The translations under genes and the position numbers were made by a program. Below, piece after piece: positions 54,701 to 64,000 of a DNA stretch of 64,000 nt (position 1 is the first letter of the stretch; each line of letters opens with the position of its first letter). Under the pieces are notes generated by a model, which had not been told where the DNA came from, made no database searches, and saw only the letters and a list, made by a program, of their open reading frames with translations. The DNA lies in the NCBI GenBank assembly GCA_002345505.1, contig DDWJ01000034.1, forward strand, positions 23,747 through 87,746, read 5' to 3'. Origin of the DNA: Bacillales bacterium UBA2289 (GTDB lineage Bacteria > Bacillota_I > Bacilli_A > Izemoplasmatales > Hujiaoplasmataceae).

Positions 54701-54822
54701 AAAGCTGTAAAAACTACTAAAGCTAGAATCTTAAAAGTTTTTCTTCTGCTCTTGAAACTAGCTGAGAAGTAATTAGTAAAAGAGTCTCTAATTTTGATAA
54801 TAAAAGTTCTAATATGTGCCAT
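51736..54822 (-). CDS. yfhO: YfhO-family polytopic membrane glycosyltransferase (large, 1028 aa)
   Basis: About 13 N-terminal TM segments, a large extracytoplasmic domain and a terminal TM helix. The call rests mainly on architecture and the classic GT2+GtrA partnership. Confidence 0.65.
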   Translation of the reverse strand: MAHIRTFIIKIRDSFTNYFSASFKSRRKTFKILALVVFTALFIIQAGIIIVNNSFYNNFSDDILQYYTIMNDFIASVKGGSLSLFNLNNYFGASFFSDIYYIPLDIFTFLTFILSYVMNVEIAYSIMELFKIFAGVMALAYFLHLEGRKNRTIFWASIFYFVSGGMVSFMAFPAFLSIAFYLPLSLIVIHYFFNKKRWILPLFALIIIFYNFYLGYMILAFTSFAFILEYFKRYKFNLFDFIKKGAIFLSLLLLGVGMAAVILLPSINFILEETYRSTATFNAWIINIGSYELKLFQPEIYIRYLAKLVAEQKPIGFYGFENDYGLEHASLYITIIGFAYMSLIFFMKDKISRVYKVSFLIALVFMFFPLFSYVFSGTLDKPYTRWINFLPLIEVLALAHVFDHYGFEKIKMKQMTIVASLLILLSSFLVYYYIKKLDINIRYAGRETLTADTVMIGISIIYLVVIIVFGWLKKFTVIKWFVWIEVIVALGYIFSGPFSIRDKIDVFERSHDVNEFLEANLDQEEFYRVYIDMSRIGLDKTNFNRMTVFPTNTYIFHSWTDSETNGIGKMIFNSNEYQSKSRMNYFGFYINHFLGYKYVLVDATYEFDFEEDYFSMIAENEKYKLYEMNYSSSFKVFDTYFYSDDIDLEVNNSLQDINSALVRQKAFLMSAIIDTDKEYDMSQYDLNYLDEFSSTNMQSISSYTVISGTTVMTTGFNDDIEREFYLYDEETIDINFTVGAAYIKFFDTNDLVSNLSQVFMEFSDGTRQACSVYNFGVGENEIKSPYHIKCEFWKRPVKIFVEKNENLTTAPVFKMRNERALEFAAYLTYDLSQLDLPSEKGFLVFDMAIEKPFEKVFIVDEFGDRYEVLDGYYHYETKPDKLYIFKTSGMYSYYDLYNLRLRYIAETYEDLDDILTQDNIDNKYLSINNAKINLKYNNLISSEKDQIVVIPVAYSEDWQFTSEQVYDTISVSGGFLGIVIPKGTSQVEITMKFSPKYMDLGLYISLGSLAIYGLIFITPLVVNKKKRG

Positions 54823-54859
54823 TTTTACTCCTAATTTCAGTTAATATTCATAGAATATT

Positions 54860-54868
54860 ATTATATCA
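54860..54868 (-). promoter_or_regulatory. Extended -10 promoter (TGATATAAT) for yfhO-GT2-gtrA
   Basis: TGnTATAAT on the minus strand 38 nt upstream of the ATG at 54822. Confidence 0.45.
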
Positions 54869-54906
54869 TAATTAGTTGGGTTTATATAGTTATTATTTAA
54901 GTTTAA

Positions 54907-54935
54907 TTGCTTTTAAACGCTAGATTATATATAAT
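54907..54935 (+). promoter_or_regulatory. Putative hflX promoter
   Basis: TTGCTT, 17 nt, TATAAT. Confidence 0.4.
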
Positions 54936-54952
54936 ATTTATGAGGTAATAAT

Positions 54953-56191
54953 ATGGAAAAAGCAATTTTAGTAGGTTTAGACTATCGCAATGATGAATAC
55001 TTTGAAGAAACAATGGAAGAACTTGAAAACTTAGCTATTGCTTGCGATGTTGAAGTTCAAGATAAGTTGATTCAAAAAAAGGAAGCGCCAACTCCCAATT
55101 TTTTTATTGGTACAGGTAAAATCTCTGAGTTGAAAAATCTAATAAATCTATATGATGCAAATCTTGTTATTTTTAATGATGAGTTAAGTCCAAGTCATAT
55201 AAGAAATTTGGAAGAAAAATTAGAAATTAAAGTTATTGATCGAACTGTTCTAATACTTGACATATTCGCAAAAAGGGCCAAAACAAAAGAGGCTATGCTA
55301 CAAGTAGAGCTAGCTCAATCACAGTATATGCTTCCAAGAGTAGTTGGTATGTATAAGTCCCTTTCGAGACAAAAATCTGGGACTGGATCAAAAGGGCCTG
55401 GAGAACAACAATTAGAACTTGATAGACGAATATTAAGAGATAAAATAACCAAATTAAAAAGAGAACTTAAAGAACTGGTAAAAGTTCGGAGAACTCAAAG
55501 ACAAAAAAGAAGCGAAAGTGCTACTAAAACAGTAGCTCTTGCAGGTTATACAAACTCTGGAAAATCAACTTTAATGAATGCAATTATTAAACATTCCATC
55601 CAACCTGAAAAAGATACTATGTTTAGCAAAGATATGTTATTTGCGACCTTAGAAACAAAAACAAGAAAAGTAGAACTAGAAAACAACAACAATTTTCTTT
55701 TAACCGATACAGTAGGCTTTATTAGAATGCTACCACATGATTTGATTGAAGCTTTTAAATCGACTCTTGAAGAAATTAATGAAGCTTCTTTAATACTTCA
55801 TGTAATCGATGTTTCTAATCCTAATTTTCCACATCAAATACAATCCGTTGAAGAAGTACTGCAAGATTTGGGTGTTCATGATGTTCCAATAATTCATGTA
55901 TACAACAAAATCGATTTACTAACCGATATTCCAAATATCCCTACTTCTGATTCAATATTTGTATCCGCTAAGGAAGATCAAAATATTAAAAGACTACTAG
56001 AAGAAATAAATCGTATATTATACAAGAATATTGAAGTCAGCATGATCGTTCCTTACAATAACGGTAATGTATTCTCGGATTTAAAAGAAAATTCTAAAAT
56101 TATTGAGGCTATGTATTTTGAAGACGGAATTCATATCAAAGCGATAATAAATGAGTATTACTATCAAAAATATAAGCAATACATAATATAA
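54953..56191 (+). CDS. hflX: GTPase HflX
   Basis: 412 aa with the HflX N-domain, G1 GYTNSGKSTL and DTVGF motifs. Confidence 0.95.
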   Translation: MEKAILVGLDYRNDEYFEETMEELENLAIACDVEVQDKLIQKKEAPTPNFFIGTGKISELKNLINLYDANLVIFNDELSPSHIRNLEEKLEIKVIDRTVLILDIFAKRAKTKEAMLQVELAQSQYMLPRVVGMYKSLSRQKSGTGSKGPGEQQLELDRRILRDKITKLKRELKELVKVRRTQRQKRSESATKTVALAGYTNSGKSTLMNAIIKHSIQPEKDTMFSKDMLFATLETKTRKVELENNNNFLLTDTVGFIRMLPHDLIEAFKSTLEEINEASLILHVIDVSNPNFPHQIQSVEEVLQDLGVHDVPIIHVYNKIDLLTDIPNIPTSDSIFVSAKEDQNIKRLLEEINRILYKNIEVSMIVPYNNGNVFSDLKENSKIIEAMYFEDGIHIKAIINEYYYQKYKQYII

Positions 56192-56223
56192 AAATCATCT
56201 CAAAAATGAGATGATTTTTTTTA
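56191..56223. terminator. Bidirectional terminator between hflX and dusB
   Basis: ATCATCTCA-AAAA-TGAGATGAT with a T8 run on plus and an A/T run on minus. Confidence 0.8.
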
Positions 56224-57195
56224 TTGAATTGAATCAAAATAATTATTGATAATATCAACAATCTCTTCAACGCTTTTGGCATGAACAATCTGAGTCTTAA
56301 TCTTCGTAGCGCCAGGTAATCCTTTGACATACCATGCACCATGTGTTCTCATTTCTAAAATAGCTATATGTTCCCCTTTATATTTAATCAAATTATCTAA
56401 ATGTTTCAAAAGATACGCTTTCTTAGTAGCTATACTGATTTCTTTTTCATAATTACCAGTCTTTAGATAATCTACTGTTTGTTTAATAAGCCACGGATTA
56501 CCCATTAATCCTCTTCCTATCATAACTCCATCGCAATTTGTATACTCAATCATCATTTTTGCATCTTCAGGAGATTTTATATCTCCATTACCAATAACTG
56601 GTATTTTTACCGCTTCCTTAACGGCTTTAATTATATCTAGGTCAACTCTTCCGGAATACATATCAGTTCTTGTTCTTCCATGAATGGCAATCAAAGACGC
56701 TCCAGCTTCTTCCATAGCTTTTGCAAAAGAAACTGCGTTAATACTTTTATGATCCCACCCACTTCTAAATTTTACAGAAACCGGCTTGTTTACAACTTTA
56801 ACAATTGAACTTACAATCTCTTTTGCAAGTTTAGGAGTGGTCATTAATTTAGACCCACTGCCTGCTTTTGTGACTTTAGGAACCGGACATCCCATATTAA
56901 TATCAATAATGTCACAATTAGATTCTTTATCTATTAGTATTGCTGCATTAACCATTGATTCAACATCACTGCCGAACAATTGTAATGCTATGGGTTTTTC
57001 ATAATCAGATATTTTAATCATATCTTTGGTCTTTTGGTTATCATATAGCAAGCCTTTATCAGAAATCATTTCTGTATATATTAGTCCTGCTCCAAACTCT
57101 TTTAAAATCAAGCGATAAGATAAATCAGTCACACCAGCCATTGGTGCGACGAAAACATTATTATCTAGTGTTAAATCTTTAATTTGTAATTTCAT
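56221..57195 (-). CDS. dusB: tRNA dihydrouridine synthase
   Basis: 324 aa with VAPMAGVTD, DINMGCP and IHGRTR motifs. Confidence 0.9.
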   Translation of the reverse strand: MKLQIKDLTLDNNVFVAPMAGVTDLSYRLILKEFGAGLIYTEMISDKGLLYDNQKTKDMIKISDYEKPIALQLFGSDVESMVNAAILIDKESNCDIIDINMGCPVPKVTKAGSGSKLMTTPKLAKEIVSSIVKVVNKPVSVKFRSGWDHKSINAVSFAKAMEEAGASLIAIHGRTRTDMYSGRVDLDIIKAVKEAVKIPVIGNGDIKSPEDAKMMIEYTNCDGVMIGRGLMGNPWLIKQTVDYLKTGNYEKEISIATKKAYLLKHLDNLIKYKGEHIAILEMRTHGAWYVKGLPGATKIKTQIVHAKSVEEIVDIINNYFDSIQ

Positions 57196-57269
57196 ATTAT
57201 CACCCTTATCAACAACAATTATATAACAAAAATACTGAATTACAAAATAATAGATTTTTAATTCGTTTA

Positions 57270-57278
57270 TGTTATAAT
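57270..57278 (+). promoter_or_regulatory. Extended -10 promoter (TGTTATAAT) for hslO
   Basis: TGnTATAAT lies 24 nt upstream of the ATG at 57302. Confidence 0.45.
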
Positions 57279-57301
57279 ACTGTCTGTGGAAGGTGATTTA
57301 A

Positions 57302-58165
57302 ATGAATGATTATTTAGTTAAAGTTTACGCTTTTGATGGAACAGTTAGAATTTATGCAGCAACAACTACAAATCTTGTTGAACATGCAAGACAAATACAT
57401 GATACATTTCCAGCAGCTAGCGCTGCTTTTGGAAGAACTTTAACCGCATCTTTAATTATGGGAGCTATGTATAAAGGCGATCAAACTCTAACAATTAGAA
57501 TTGATGGTGGTGGACCTATCGGAAAAATTATAACCCAGGTTAATGCTAATGGAATTGTTAAAGGTTTGGTAGAAAACCCTCATGTGCATATATCAAAAAA
57601 AGATAAATTAGCTGTCGGTATGGTTGTCGGAAATAACGGATTTATTCACGTTACCAAAGACTTAAAAGTAAGAGATGTATTTACTTCCTCTGCGGAACTT
57701 CAAACAGGTGAAATAGCAGAAGATTTCACCTACTATTTCGCTAAGAGCGAACAGATTCCATCTTCTGTTGGATTAGGTGTTTTAGTAAATGAAAAAAATG
57801 AAGTTTTTGCAAGCGGAGGTTTTATCCTACAAGTTATGCCTGGGGTAAAAGATGAAACAATCGCCAAAATAGAAAGCAAAATCAATTCTATGAAACCTAT
57901 ATCAGAATTGATTAAAGATAATTATAAACCAGAAGACATCATTAATCTTATAACCGATGGAAATCATGAACTTGTCGAAGAAATGCCTTTAAAATATGAA
58001 TGTGATTGCACAAAAGAAAGATTTTACAATGGCCTTTCTACTCTTGATAAAAAAGAAATTGACTCCTTAATTGAGCATAATGAAAACATTGAAATTCTAT
58101 GTGAATTTTGTAAAACGAATTATACTTTTACAATCGAAGAGTTGAAAGAAATAAGAAACAAATAA
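57302..58165 (+). CDS. hslO: Redox-regulated chaperone Hsp33
   Basis: 287 aa with the C-terminal zinc centre CDCTKERF...CEFCKTNY. Confidence 0.95.
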   Translation: MNDYLVKVYAFDGTVRIYAATTTNLVEHARQIHDTFPAASAAFGRTLTASLIMGAMYKGDQTLTIRIDGGGPIGKIITQVNANGIVKGLVENPHVHISKKDKLAVGMVVGNNGFIHVTKDLKVRDVFTSSAELQTGEIAEDFTYYFAKSEQIPSSVGLGVLVNEKNEVFASGGFILQVMPGVKDETIAKIESKINSMKPISELIKDNYKPEDIINLITDGNHELVEEMPLKYECDCTKERFYNGLSTLDKKEIDSLIEHNENIEILCEFCKTNYTFTIEELKEIRNK

Positions 58166-58166
58166 A

Positions 58167-58200
58167 AAGTTTGCGATTAGATTCGCAAACTTATTTTTTT
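58167..58200. terminator. Bidirectional terminator between hslO and glyA
   Basis: AAGTTTGCGA-TTAGAT-TCGCAAACTT followed by ATTTTTTT. Confidence 0.8.
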
Positions 58201-59437
58201 AATATTCTAAAGGATATTTATCTGTTAAAAGTTTAACTCTCTTTTTAACTTCGTTTAAAACTTCTTCGTTTTCAGGATTCATTAAAATCATATCTATCAA
58301 AATTGCAACTTCAACAAAATCATCCTCTTTAAATCCTCTAGTTGTCATTGCTGGAGTTCCTAATCTAATACCGCTAGTTATAAAAGGTTTTTTGGTATCA
58401 TAAGGTATAGTGTTTTTGTTACAAGTAATATTAGCTTGATCTAACAAGTTTTCAGCTTTTTTACCAGACATATTCGCTTTAGATAAAACATCCAACAATA
58501 ATAAGTGATTGTCAGTACCGTTACTGACGACATGATATCCTAACTCAATGAATTTTTCAGCAAAAACTTTAGCGTTTTTAACCACTTGTTTTTGATATTG
58601 CACAAATTCATCGGTTAAAGCTTCTTTAAAAGCAGCTGCCTTTGCAGCTATTATATGCATTAAAGGTCCACCTTGAATTCCCGGGAAAACTACTCTATCA
58701 ACATTTTTAGCAATTTCTTCATTGTTAGTAAGGATAATTCCGCCTCTTGGTCCTCTTAATGTTTTATGTGTTGTTGAAGTAACTATGTCTGCATAATCGC
58801 AAGGATTTGGATGCAATCCCGCTGCTACTAATCCCGCTATATGAGCCATATCGACCATTAACATAGCTCCAACTTTGTCACAAATATCTCTAAATCTCTT
58901 AAAATCAATTATTCTAGGGTATGCGCTAGCACCTGCCACGATTAATTTTGGTTTTATTTCTAATGCTTGCTTTTCCAAATCTTCATAGTCAATCATTTCC
59001 GTTTCCTTATTAACGAAATAAGGATGGAATTCATAATCAATACCACTAAAACTTAATGGATGGCCATGAGTCAAATGCCCGCCTTGGTCTAAAGCCATAC
59101 CTAAAACCACATCTCCATGATTTAAGATAGCGCGATAAGCTCCCATATTAGCTGTTGATCCAGAATGAGGTTGAACATTAGCGTATTTAACATTAAATAA
59201 TTGTTTTATTCTTTCTCTCGCTAATTCTTCTGCTTCATCGACAAACTCACACCCGCCATAATATCTTTTTCCCGGATATCCTTCAGCATACTTATTTGTT
59301 AAAACACTTCCATCAGCTTCTAAAACTGCTTTTGAAACAAAATTTTCTGAAGCAATTAACTCAATGTGCGATTGCTGACGATCTAATTCTTTTTGAATGA
59401 CTTGAAAAAGTTCATTATCAGAATTCTTTAAATACAT
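58199..59437 (-). CDS. glyA: Serine hydroxymethyltransferase
   Basis: 412 aa with the PLP-Lys context [14 protein letters not shown]. Confidence 0.98.
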   Translation of the reverse strand: MYLKNSDNELFQVIQKELDRQQSHIELIASENFVSKAVLEADGSVLTNKYAEGYPGKRYYGGCEFVDEAEELARERIKQLFNVKYANVQPHSGSTANMGAYRAILNHGDVVLGMALDQGGHLTHGHPLSFSGIDYEFHPYFVNKETEMIDYEDLEKQALEIKPKLIVAGASAYPRIIDFKRFRDICDKVGAMLMVDMAHIAGLVAAGLHPNPCDYADIVTSTTHKTLRGPRGGIILTNNEEIAKNVDRVVFPGIQGGPLMHIIAAKAAAFKEALTDEFVQYQKQVVKNAKVFAEKFIELGYHVVSNGTDNHLLLLDVLSKANMSGKKAENLLDQANITCNKNTIPYDTKKPFITSGIRLGTPAMTTRGFKEDDFVEVAILIDMILMNPENEEVLNEVKKRVKLLTDKYPLEY

Positions 59438-60300
59438 GAATTTCTCTCCTTTATAAAATCTCTAAATATTTTTTTAAACTCTTCTACATCAAGAGCTTCT
59501 CCTCTAATTGTATCAATTATATTATTTCTTTCAAGCAAATTCTTAAAAAACTGCTTCGAACAATCCTTATAATTTTCACTTAAATTATTGATTAATGTTT
59601 TTCTTCTTTGCGAGAAGGAATTATGCAAAAATTTATAAAAATCAGTTTTGCTAAAATCATCAAAATTGTTTTTTCTTTCTAGTCTAATTACTGCAGAATC
59701 AACCTGAGGTCGTGGTTTAAAAACTGTCTTTGGAACCTTGAATAAATACTTCACATCCGCTTGATCTTGAATGATAATACTTAAAGCGTTATAGTCCTTT
59801 GTGTTTGGTTTTGAAGTTAAACGTTGTCCAACTTCAAGTTGCATCATAAGTGTCAAATCCCTTATGTTTTCGGTCTCCTCTAACACTTTCATGATTATTG
59901 GAGTTGTAATGTGATAAGGCAAGTTGCTAATAAGACTAATATTTTTACTACCGTCAAGATACAATTCGATATCATTTTTTATATTAGATTTCAAAAAATC
60001 CTGATTAATAATTTTAATATTCTTTTTGTCTTTAAAGAATTCTTCTAAAATCGGAATCAAGTCGTTATCAACTTCATAAATAAGAACTTTTTTTGCTTGG
60101 TCTACAATATATTTAGTTAAAGCTCCTAAACCAGGTCCTATTTCAATAACGTATGAATTCTTATCTATTTTAGATTCTTTTATTATATTCTTAATAATGT
60201 TTTCATCTAGTAGAAAATTTTGACTAAACTTCTTTTTTATAAAAAAATTGTCTTCGTCAATTATTTTCTTTGCTGATAAATTATGATTTGAACTCATCAA
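59428..60300 (-). CDS. rsmA: 16S rRNA (adenine1518/1519-N6)-dimethyltransferase
   Basis: 290 aa with FSQNFLLD, the SAM motif [10 protein letters not shown] and NLPYHITT. Confidence 0.95.
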   Translation of the reverse strand: MMSSNHNLSAKKIIDEDNFFIKKKFSQNFLLDENIIKNIIKESKIDKNSYVIEIGPGLGALTKYIVDQAKKVLIYEVDNDLIPILEEFFKDKKNIKIINQDFLKSNIKNDIELYLDGSKNISLISNLPYHITTPIIMKVLEETENIRDLTLMMQLEVGQRLTSKPNTKDYNALSIIIQDQADVKYLFKVPKTVFKPRPQVDSAVIRLERKNNFDDFSKTDFYKFLHNSFSQRRKTLINNLSENYKDCSKQFFKNLLERNNIIDTIRGEALDVEEFKKIFRDFIKERNSCI

Positions 60301-60826
60301 TTATTTCATCAATCCTTTCCAATTTTATTCCTAACATATTTAGATTTCTAAGTAAAGCTTTTCCATTCACATATGGAATATTTAGTTTTTCGCATAAAAT
60401 ACTTCTTTTATTCGCAGAGTTTTCACTACTAATAAACCCTCTTCTAAGAAGGTCCAATCTTGTAATTGAATCTCTTGTATAATCAAGGCTAATTAAATTA
60501 TTTAAAGCAAATATTATGTCTTCTCTATTACAATGCTCAATCCCGACTTTTGTATTTGTTTTATTTAATGCCTTCATTTTATTAATATATGCAATCTTGA
60601 AATTACCTTTTGTATTTAAAATCTCATTTGTAATTTTCTTGCCTGGAAAGTCTGGATCAAGAAACAAAATGACATCTCTAATTAAACTTGTCTGATAAAT
60701 TAAATTTAAAGTCTCTGTAGATATTTCGCTTCCGTTTGTTACTATACAGTCAATGTTAGGATAAATTGACTTAATCTTTTGTTCGTCGTGAGTGCCTTCT
60801 ACAACTATCACTTGTTTATAATTCAT
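60281..60826 (-). CDS. rnmV: Ribonuclease M5 (Toprim)
   Basis: 181 aa with VIVVEGTHDE and LDPDFPG. Synteny is rnmV-rsmA. Confidence 0.9.
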   Translation of the reverse strand: MNYKQVIVVEGTHDEQKIKSIYPNIDCIVTNGSEISTETLNLIYQTSLIRDVILFLDPDFPGKKITNEILNTKGNFKIAYINKMKALNKTNTKVGIEHCNREDIIFALNNLISLDYTRDSITRLDLLRRGFISSENSANKRSILCEKLNIPYVNGKALLRNLNMLGIKLERIDEIIDEFKS

Positions 60827-61731
60827 TGATTTTTAAAATACCTTTTCTTTATTTTGTGTGGGACAATTATTTCTATAGCTTTGCTAGCTACTTCAATAAT
60901 TTGATTTCCTTGCCCGCCATATTCACCATCAATATTCCATTTTGCCTTTGATTCGGTTCTAATTTCCATTTTTTCAGTTTTGAATCTAGTCACTAAAGGA
61001 GTAGACCAAAAAGGAAAAATAAAAGCTAATGCATAAAGGTAGAAGTTAAAAGGAAAGATATTTTTGTACAAAACAACATTGACTAATCCATCATCTAAAC
61101 TCGGCTTATAAATCATGTTAATGCCTGCTACTCTTTTAGAATTAATTATCATTACTAGCGAAAAGACACCTTTGTATACTTCGTCGTTGTGATGAATCGT
61201 CATCTTTATTTTTGGAATCGTAAAAACTTCTTCAAAAGCTTTAACAATATAAGCAAAATAACCTATCTTTTTCTTTAACTTTGAATCTGTAACGTAACTA
61301 ATATCAATAAAAGCTCCCGATGCTGTCACATAACATGAATATCTATCATTCGTTTTAACAATATCCATTTTAACAGGAATACCTTTTAAGATTATATCCA
61401 CTGATTTTTCAACCTTTTTAGATAAACCCAAACTCATACCAATATCACAACATGTTCCAGCCGGTATGTATCCTATTCTTGGCCTTTTTTCGTATCGCAT
61501 CAATCCATTGACACACTCGTTAAAGGTTCCGTCTCCACCTACAATAACTAACATATCATAGTTATCTTGGCAGGCCATTTCAGCTAAATCTGTAGCGTGA
61601 CCTGGATACTCTGTCGCAAAGACAAAAATATCATGAAAATGAGGTTTAAATCTTTCCATGACATATTCTAACTTTTTAACAAAGTTTTGCTTACCGCTTT
61701 TAGGGTTGTAAATAAGCATTAGTTTATCCAT
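60823..61731 (-). CDS. dagK: Diacylglycerol/lipid kinase (DAGK catalytic domain)
   Basis: 302 aa with LIYNPKSG and VIVGGDGTFNE motifs. Confidence 0.75.
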   Translation of the reverse strand: MDKLMLIYNPKSGKQNFVKKLEYVMERFKPHFHDIFVFATEYPGHATDLAEMACQDNYDMLVIVGGDGTFNECVNGLMRYEKRPRIGYIPAGTCCDIGMSLGLSKKVEKSVDIILKGIPVKMDIVKTNDRYSCYVTASGAFIDISYVTDSKLKKKIGYFAYIVKAFEEVFTIPKIKMTIHHNDEVYKGVFSLVMIINSKRVAGINMIYKPSLDDGLVNVVLYKNIFPFNFYLYALAFIFPFWSTPLVTRFKTEKMEIRTESKAKWNIDGEYGGQGNQIIEVASKAIEIIVPHKIKKRYFKNQ

Positions 61732-61746
61732 TTAATCACCACAATA

Positions 61747-61755
61747 ATTATATCA
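61747..61755 (-). promoter_or_regulatory. Extended -10 promoter (TGATATAAT) for dagK-rnmV-rsmA-glyA
   Basis: TGnTATAAT on the minus strand 16 nt upstream of the ATG at 61731. Confidence 0.45.
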
Positions 61756-61834
61756 TAATCAAAAATAAAATGTAACTTGTCTTTACTATAAAGGCAATTG
61801 TTTATTCAAAAGTAATGAAACCTAAATGATTATT

Positions 61835-61843
61835 TGATATAAT
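61835..61843 (+). promoter_or_regulatory. Extended -10 promoter (TGATATAAT) for the HAD-HIT pair
   Basis: TGnTATAAT lies 18 nt upstream of the TTG at 61861. Confidence 0.45.
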
Positions 61844-61860
61844 ATAATTGGTGATGAAAA

Positions 61861-62514
61861 TTGGGAAAAATTAATACAATACTTTTTGATTTAGACGGAA
61901 CTTTAGTTGATTCAAATGAAATTATTATTCAATCTTTCAAAGAAACGTTTAAATATTATCAACCAAACATTGAATATACTCGTGAACAAATTATTGAAAT
62001 GATTGGTCCGCCTCTAAAAGAGACATTCAAAATAGTCAGTGAAGAACCAAAAGTAATCAATGAGATTATTGCTTACTATCGAACTTTCTATCAAAAACAC
62101 GAGTTCGAATATATTAAACTTTATGACAACGTAATCGAGACTCTAGAAAAACTCAGTAGATTAGATGTTAATCTAGGAATTGTAACTACTAAGTTTGAAG
62201 AATCTGCTATGCCATCAATAAAATGGTTCTCAATCGATAAATATATTAAAAACTACTCTTTTTTAGGAAGTGTTCCTGAGCATAAACCAAGCCCAGAGCC
62301 TATATTCTATGTTCTAAGTCAGTTTAATAACGTTGATAAGGCATTAATGATTGGAGATAATCCTTCGGATATTTTTGCGGGAAAGAATGCGGGAATACTA
62401 ACTTGTGGTATCGAGTGGACATTAGTAAAAGATAAATTAAAAGCAACAAATCCAGATTTTTGGATTAAAGATTATAAAGAAATAATTGATATCATAAAAA
62501 AGGAGATAGAATAA
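61861..62514 (+). CDS. HAD-IA family phosphatase (PpaX/Gph-like)
   Basis: 217 aa with motif I LFDLDGTLVDS and motif IV GDNPSD. The start appears to be TTG, because no in-frame ATG precedes the DxDGT motif. Confidence 0.8.
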   Translation: MGKINTILFDLDGTLVDSNEIIIQSFKETFKYYQPNIEYTREQIIEMIGPPLKETFKIVSEEPKVINEIIAYYRTFYQKHEFEYIKLYDNVIETLEKLSRLDVNLGIVTTKFEESAMPSIKWFSIDKYIKNYSFLGSVPEHKPSPEPIFYVLSQFNNVDKALMIGDNPSDIFAGKNAGILTCGIEWTLVKDKLKATNPDFWIKDYKEIIDIIKKEIE

Positions 62515-62924
62515 TGGACTGTATTTTCTGTAAAATCGCAAATGCTGAAATACCTAGTTATAAAATCTATGAAGATAATAATTTAATTGCTATCCTAGAC
62601 ATATCACAAACAACAAAAGGTCATACTCTAGTGATACCAAAAAAACATTATAAGAATCTCTATGAGTTAGATTCTTTGACAAGTGGTGAAATTTTTAAAG
62701 TCATACCTGATATTGCAAACGCCTTAAAGAAAGCTTTTAATCCAATTGGATTAAACTTGATAATAAATACTGAGAAACCTTTACAAACAGTAGAACACTT
62801 TCACATTCATTTAATCCCAAGATATGAAAACGATAAACTAGATATCAACTTTCAAAACAATCAGAAAGAAATGACTGCTGAAAAATATAACCAAATTAAA
62901 GAACTGATTATAAAGAACCTATAA
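62514..62924 (+). CDS. HIT-family nucleotide hydrolase
   Basis: 136 aa with the histidine triad HFHIHLIP and an N-terminal CIFCKI. Confidence 0.9.
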   Translation: MDCIFCKIANAEIPSYKIYEDNNLIAILDISQTTKGHTLVIPKKHYKNLYELDSLTSGEIFKVIPDIANALKKAFNPIGLNLIINTEKPLQTVEHFHIHLIPRYENDKLDINFQNNQKEMTAEKYNQIKELIIKNL

Positions 62925-62946
62925 ACAATAATAAGTGAATAGAAAT

Positions 62947-62982
62947 AAAAAACTCCTCAATTTAAAAAAGGAGTTTTTTTCT
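62947..62982. terminator. Bidirectional terminator between the HIT gene and the DUF3137-like gene
   Basis: AAACTCCT-loop-AGGAGTTT followed by a T-run. Confidence 0.75.
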
Positions 62983-62990
62983 TTAATATT

Positions 62991-63848
62991 TTACTTAAAA
63001 AGAGTAGAATTTAAGTTTAAAATCGTAATGAAATCTTTAATGTCTTGGAATTCTTCTTGATACTCTTTAATTAAACTTTCATCAACTTTTTTATATGCTT
63101 TTATGTCAAAATAATCTTTTCTACTATCAATTGCTATAAATAATTTGTTATCTTTAAATGAAAAACTGATTTTATCAAAATACTTCTCATCTAAGTATCG
63201 AATCTTTTCCATAAAATCTGGAGTTAAAATATAAAAAGCCTCATGATCATCTTTTGCATATATTTTTAAATCGCTATTAAATTCAATGCTTTCAGTCTCA
63301 ATTTTTCTAAACCCGCTAAAAGGCCTAAAATTAAGAGGTTGCAGCAATAACAAATCATATTTGAATGACTTATGAAAATCAAACTCATAAAAACGACCAT
63401 GAAAAACAGTAACTACCTTAGTTGTTTTTCCTGACTTTCTAACATCTTGTTGTTTTACATCTGAACACCTAAAGTTTACTCCTTCAAAGTTTCCCATAAT
63501 TAAGTCCTCGCTATAATAGCGATCTCTTTCAAAAAGAAGATTTGAGTAAACAACTTCCTTTTCCTTAAATCCATCATATGGTTTATATTCGCTATATGGA
63601 AAAAACTTAACCAATTCTTTTTCAAGGTATTCTTTTTTAAAATTAACGCTAATTTCCTTGATTTTTTTTGATTGATTACCTGAATAAATAGCTCCACCCA
63701 TAAAAGGAATCATCATTAAAAATCCTCCTAAAGGTCCAGCTGACATTCCGGCGGGAATAAAGAGAACGAAAGCTACTATTGATATTGTGAAGCCTATTCT
63801 CATTTTTCTTTCATAAATCGCTTTTTCTTCATTAATCTTATCAAACAT
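62991..63848 (-). CDS. Hypothetical membrane protein, DUF3137-like
   Basis: 285 aa with two N-terminal TM helices followed by a soluble domain. The resemblance to DUF3137 is from memory only. Confidence 0.45.
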   Translation of the reverse strand: MFDKINEEKAIYERKMRIGFTISIVAFVLFIPAGMSAGPLGGFLMMIPFMGGAIYSGNQSKKIKEISVNFKKEYLEKELVKFFPYSEYKPYDGFKEKEVVYSNLLFERDRYYSEDLIMGNFEGVNFRCSDVKQQDVRKSGKTTKVVTVFHGRFYEFDFHKSFKYDLLLLQPLNFRPFSGFRKIETESIEFNSDLKIYAKDDHEAFYILTPDFMEKIRYLDEKYFDKISFSFKDNKLFIAIDSRKDYFDIKAYKKVDESLIKEYQEEFQDIKDFITILNLNSTLFK

Positions 63849-63864
63849 CCACTACCTCCTGATT

Positions 63865-63893
63865 ATTAAAAAAGAAAAAGCTATATAGCTTTA
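63865..63893 (-). terminator. Intrinsic terminator after the edge gene
   Basis: On the minus strand: AAAGCTAT-ATAGCTTT palindrome followed by TTCTTTTTT. Confidence 0.6.
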
Positions 63894-63907
63894 AAAATTA
63901 ATTTTAA

Positions 63908-64000
63908 CTATATAGCATCCTTTTCATTACTAGTATTATATTTATTCATAATTTCTTCAAAACGAACTCCATTAATAAAATCCGTCATTAGATTTACGAC
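63908..64000 (-). CDS. C-terminal fragment of an unidentified gene (enters from right edge)
   Basis: An open frame of 30 codons runs from the window edge to the TAG at 63908-63910 (..FINGVRFEEIMNKYNTSNEKDAI*), and a terminator follows. It is too short to identify. Confidence 0.3.
   Translation of the reverse strand, partial: VVNLMTDFINGVRFEEIMNKYNTSNEKDAI

Overview
Visibly AT-rich, low-GC Gram-positive or Mollicutes-like chromosomal segment, possibly Erysipelotrichia or Acholeplasma type. It uses the standard genetic code: TGA closes several well-supported genes and TGG encodes Trp. I count about 61 protein genes (2 truncated at the window edges), one tRNA-Ser(GCU), one lysine riboswitch, about 15 intrinsic terminators and many TGnTATAAT (extended -10) promoters. 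Most content is housekeeping: mfd, yaaA-recF-gyrB-gyrA, tex, acpS, whiA, lgt, hprK, uvrA, ligA, pcrA, sodA, pncA-pncB, glnS, tsaEBD-rimI, pgi, ispD-ispF, cdaA, hflX, dusB, hslO, glyA, rsmA and rnmV. I saw no CRISPR array, transposase, integrase, prophage or recognisable defence genes, and I cannot point to a clearly new multi-gene system. The items most worth a second look are these. (1) A complete lysine-fermentation operon (maoC-atoDA-kal-kce-kdd-kamA-Ploop-kamD...) sits behind an L-box riboswitch whose terminator overlaps the P1 helix, which implies a lysine-ON switch. (2) An uncharacterised P-loop NTPase lies between kamA and kamD. (3) A four-gene operon joins a CrtI-like/SCP2/6-TM fusion protein and a membrane PAS-degenerate-GGDEF protein to ispD-ispF, next to a cdaA that lacks cdaR and glmM. 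(4) Lgt carries its own lipobox plus an extracellular repeat domain. (5) An alpha/alpha-toroid protein is co-transcribed with a ZIP zinc transporter. All functional calls come from reading the translations, motifs and synteny. No database search was possible.
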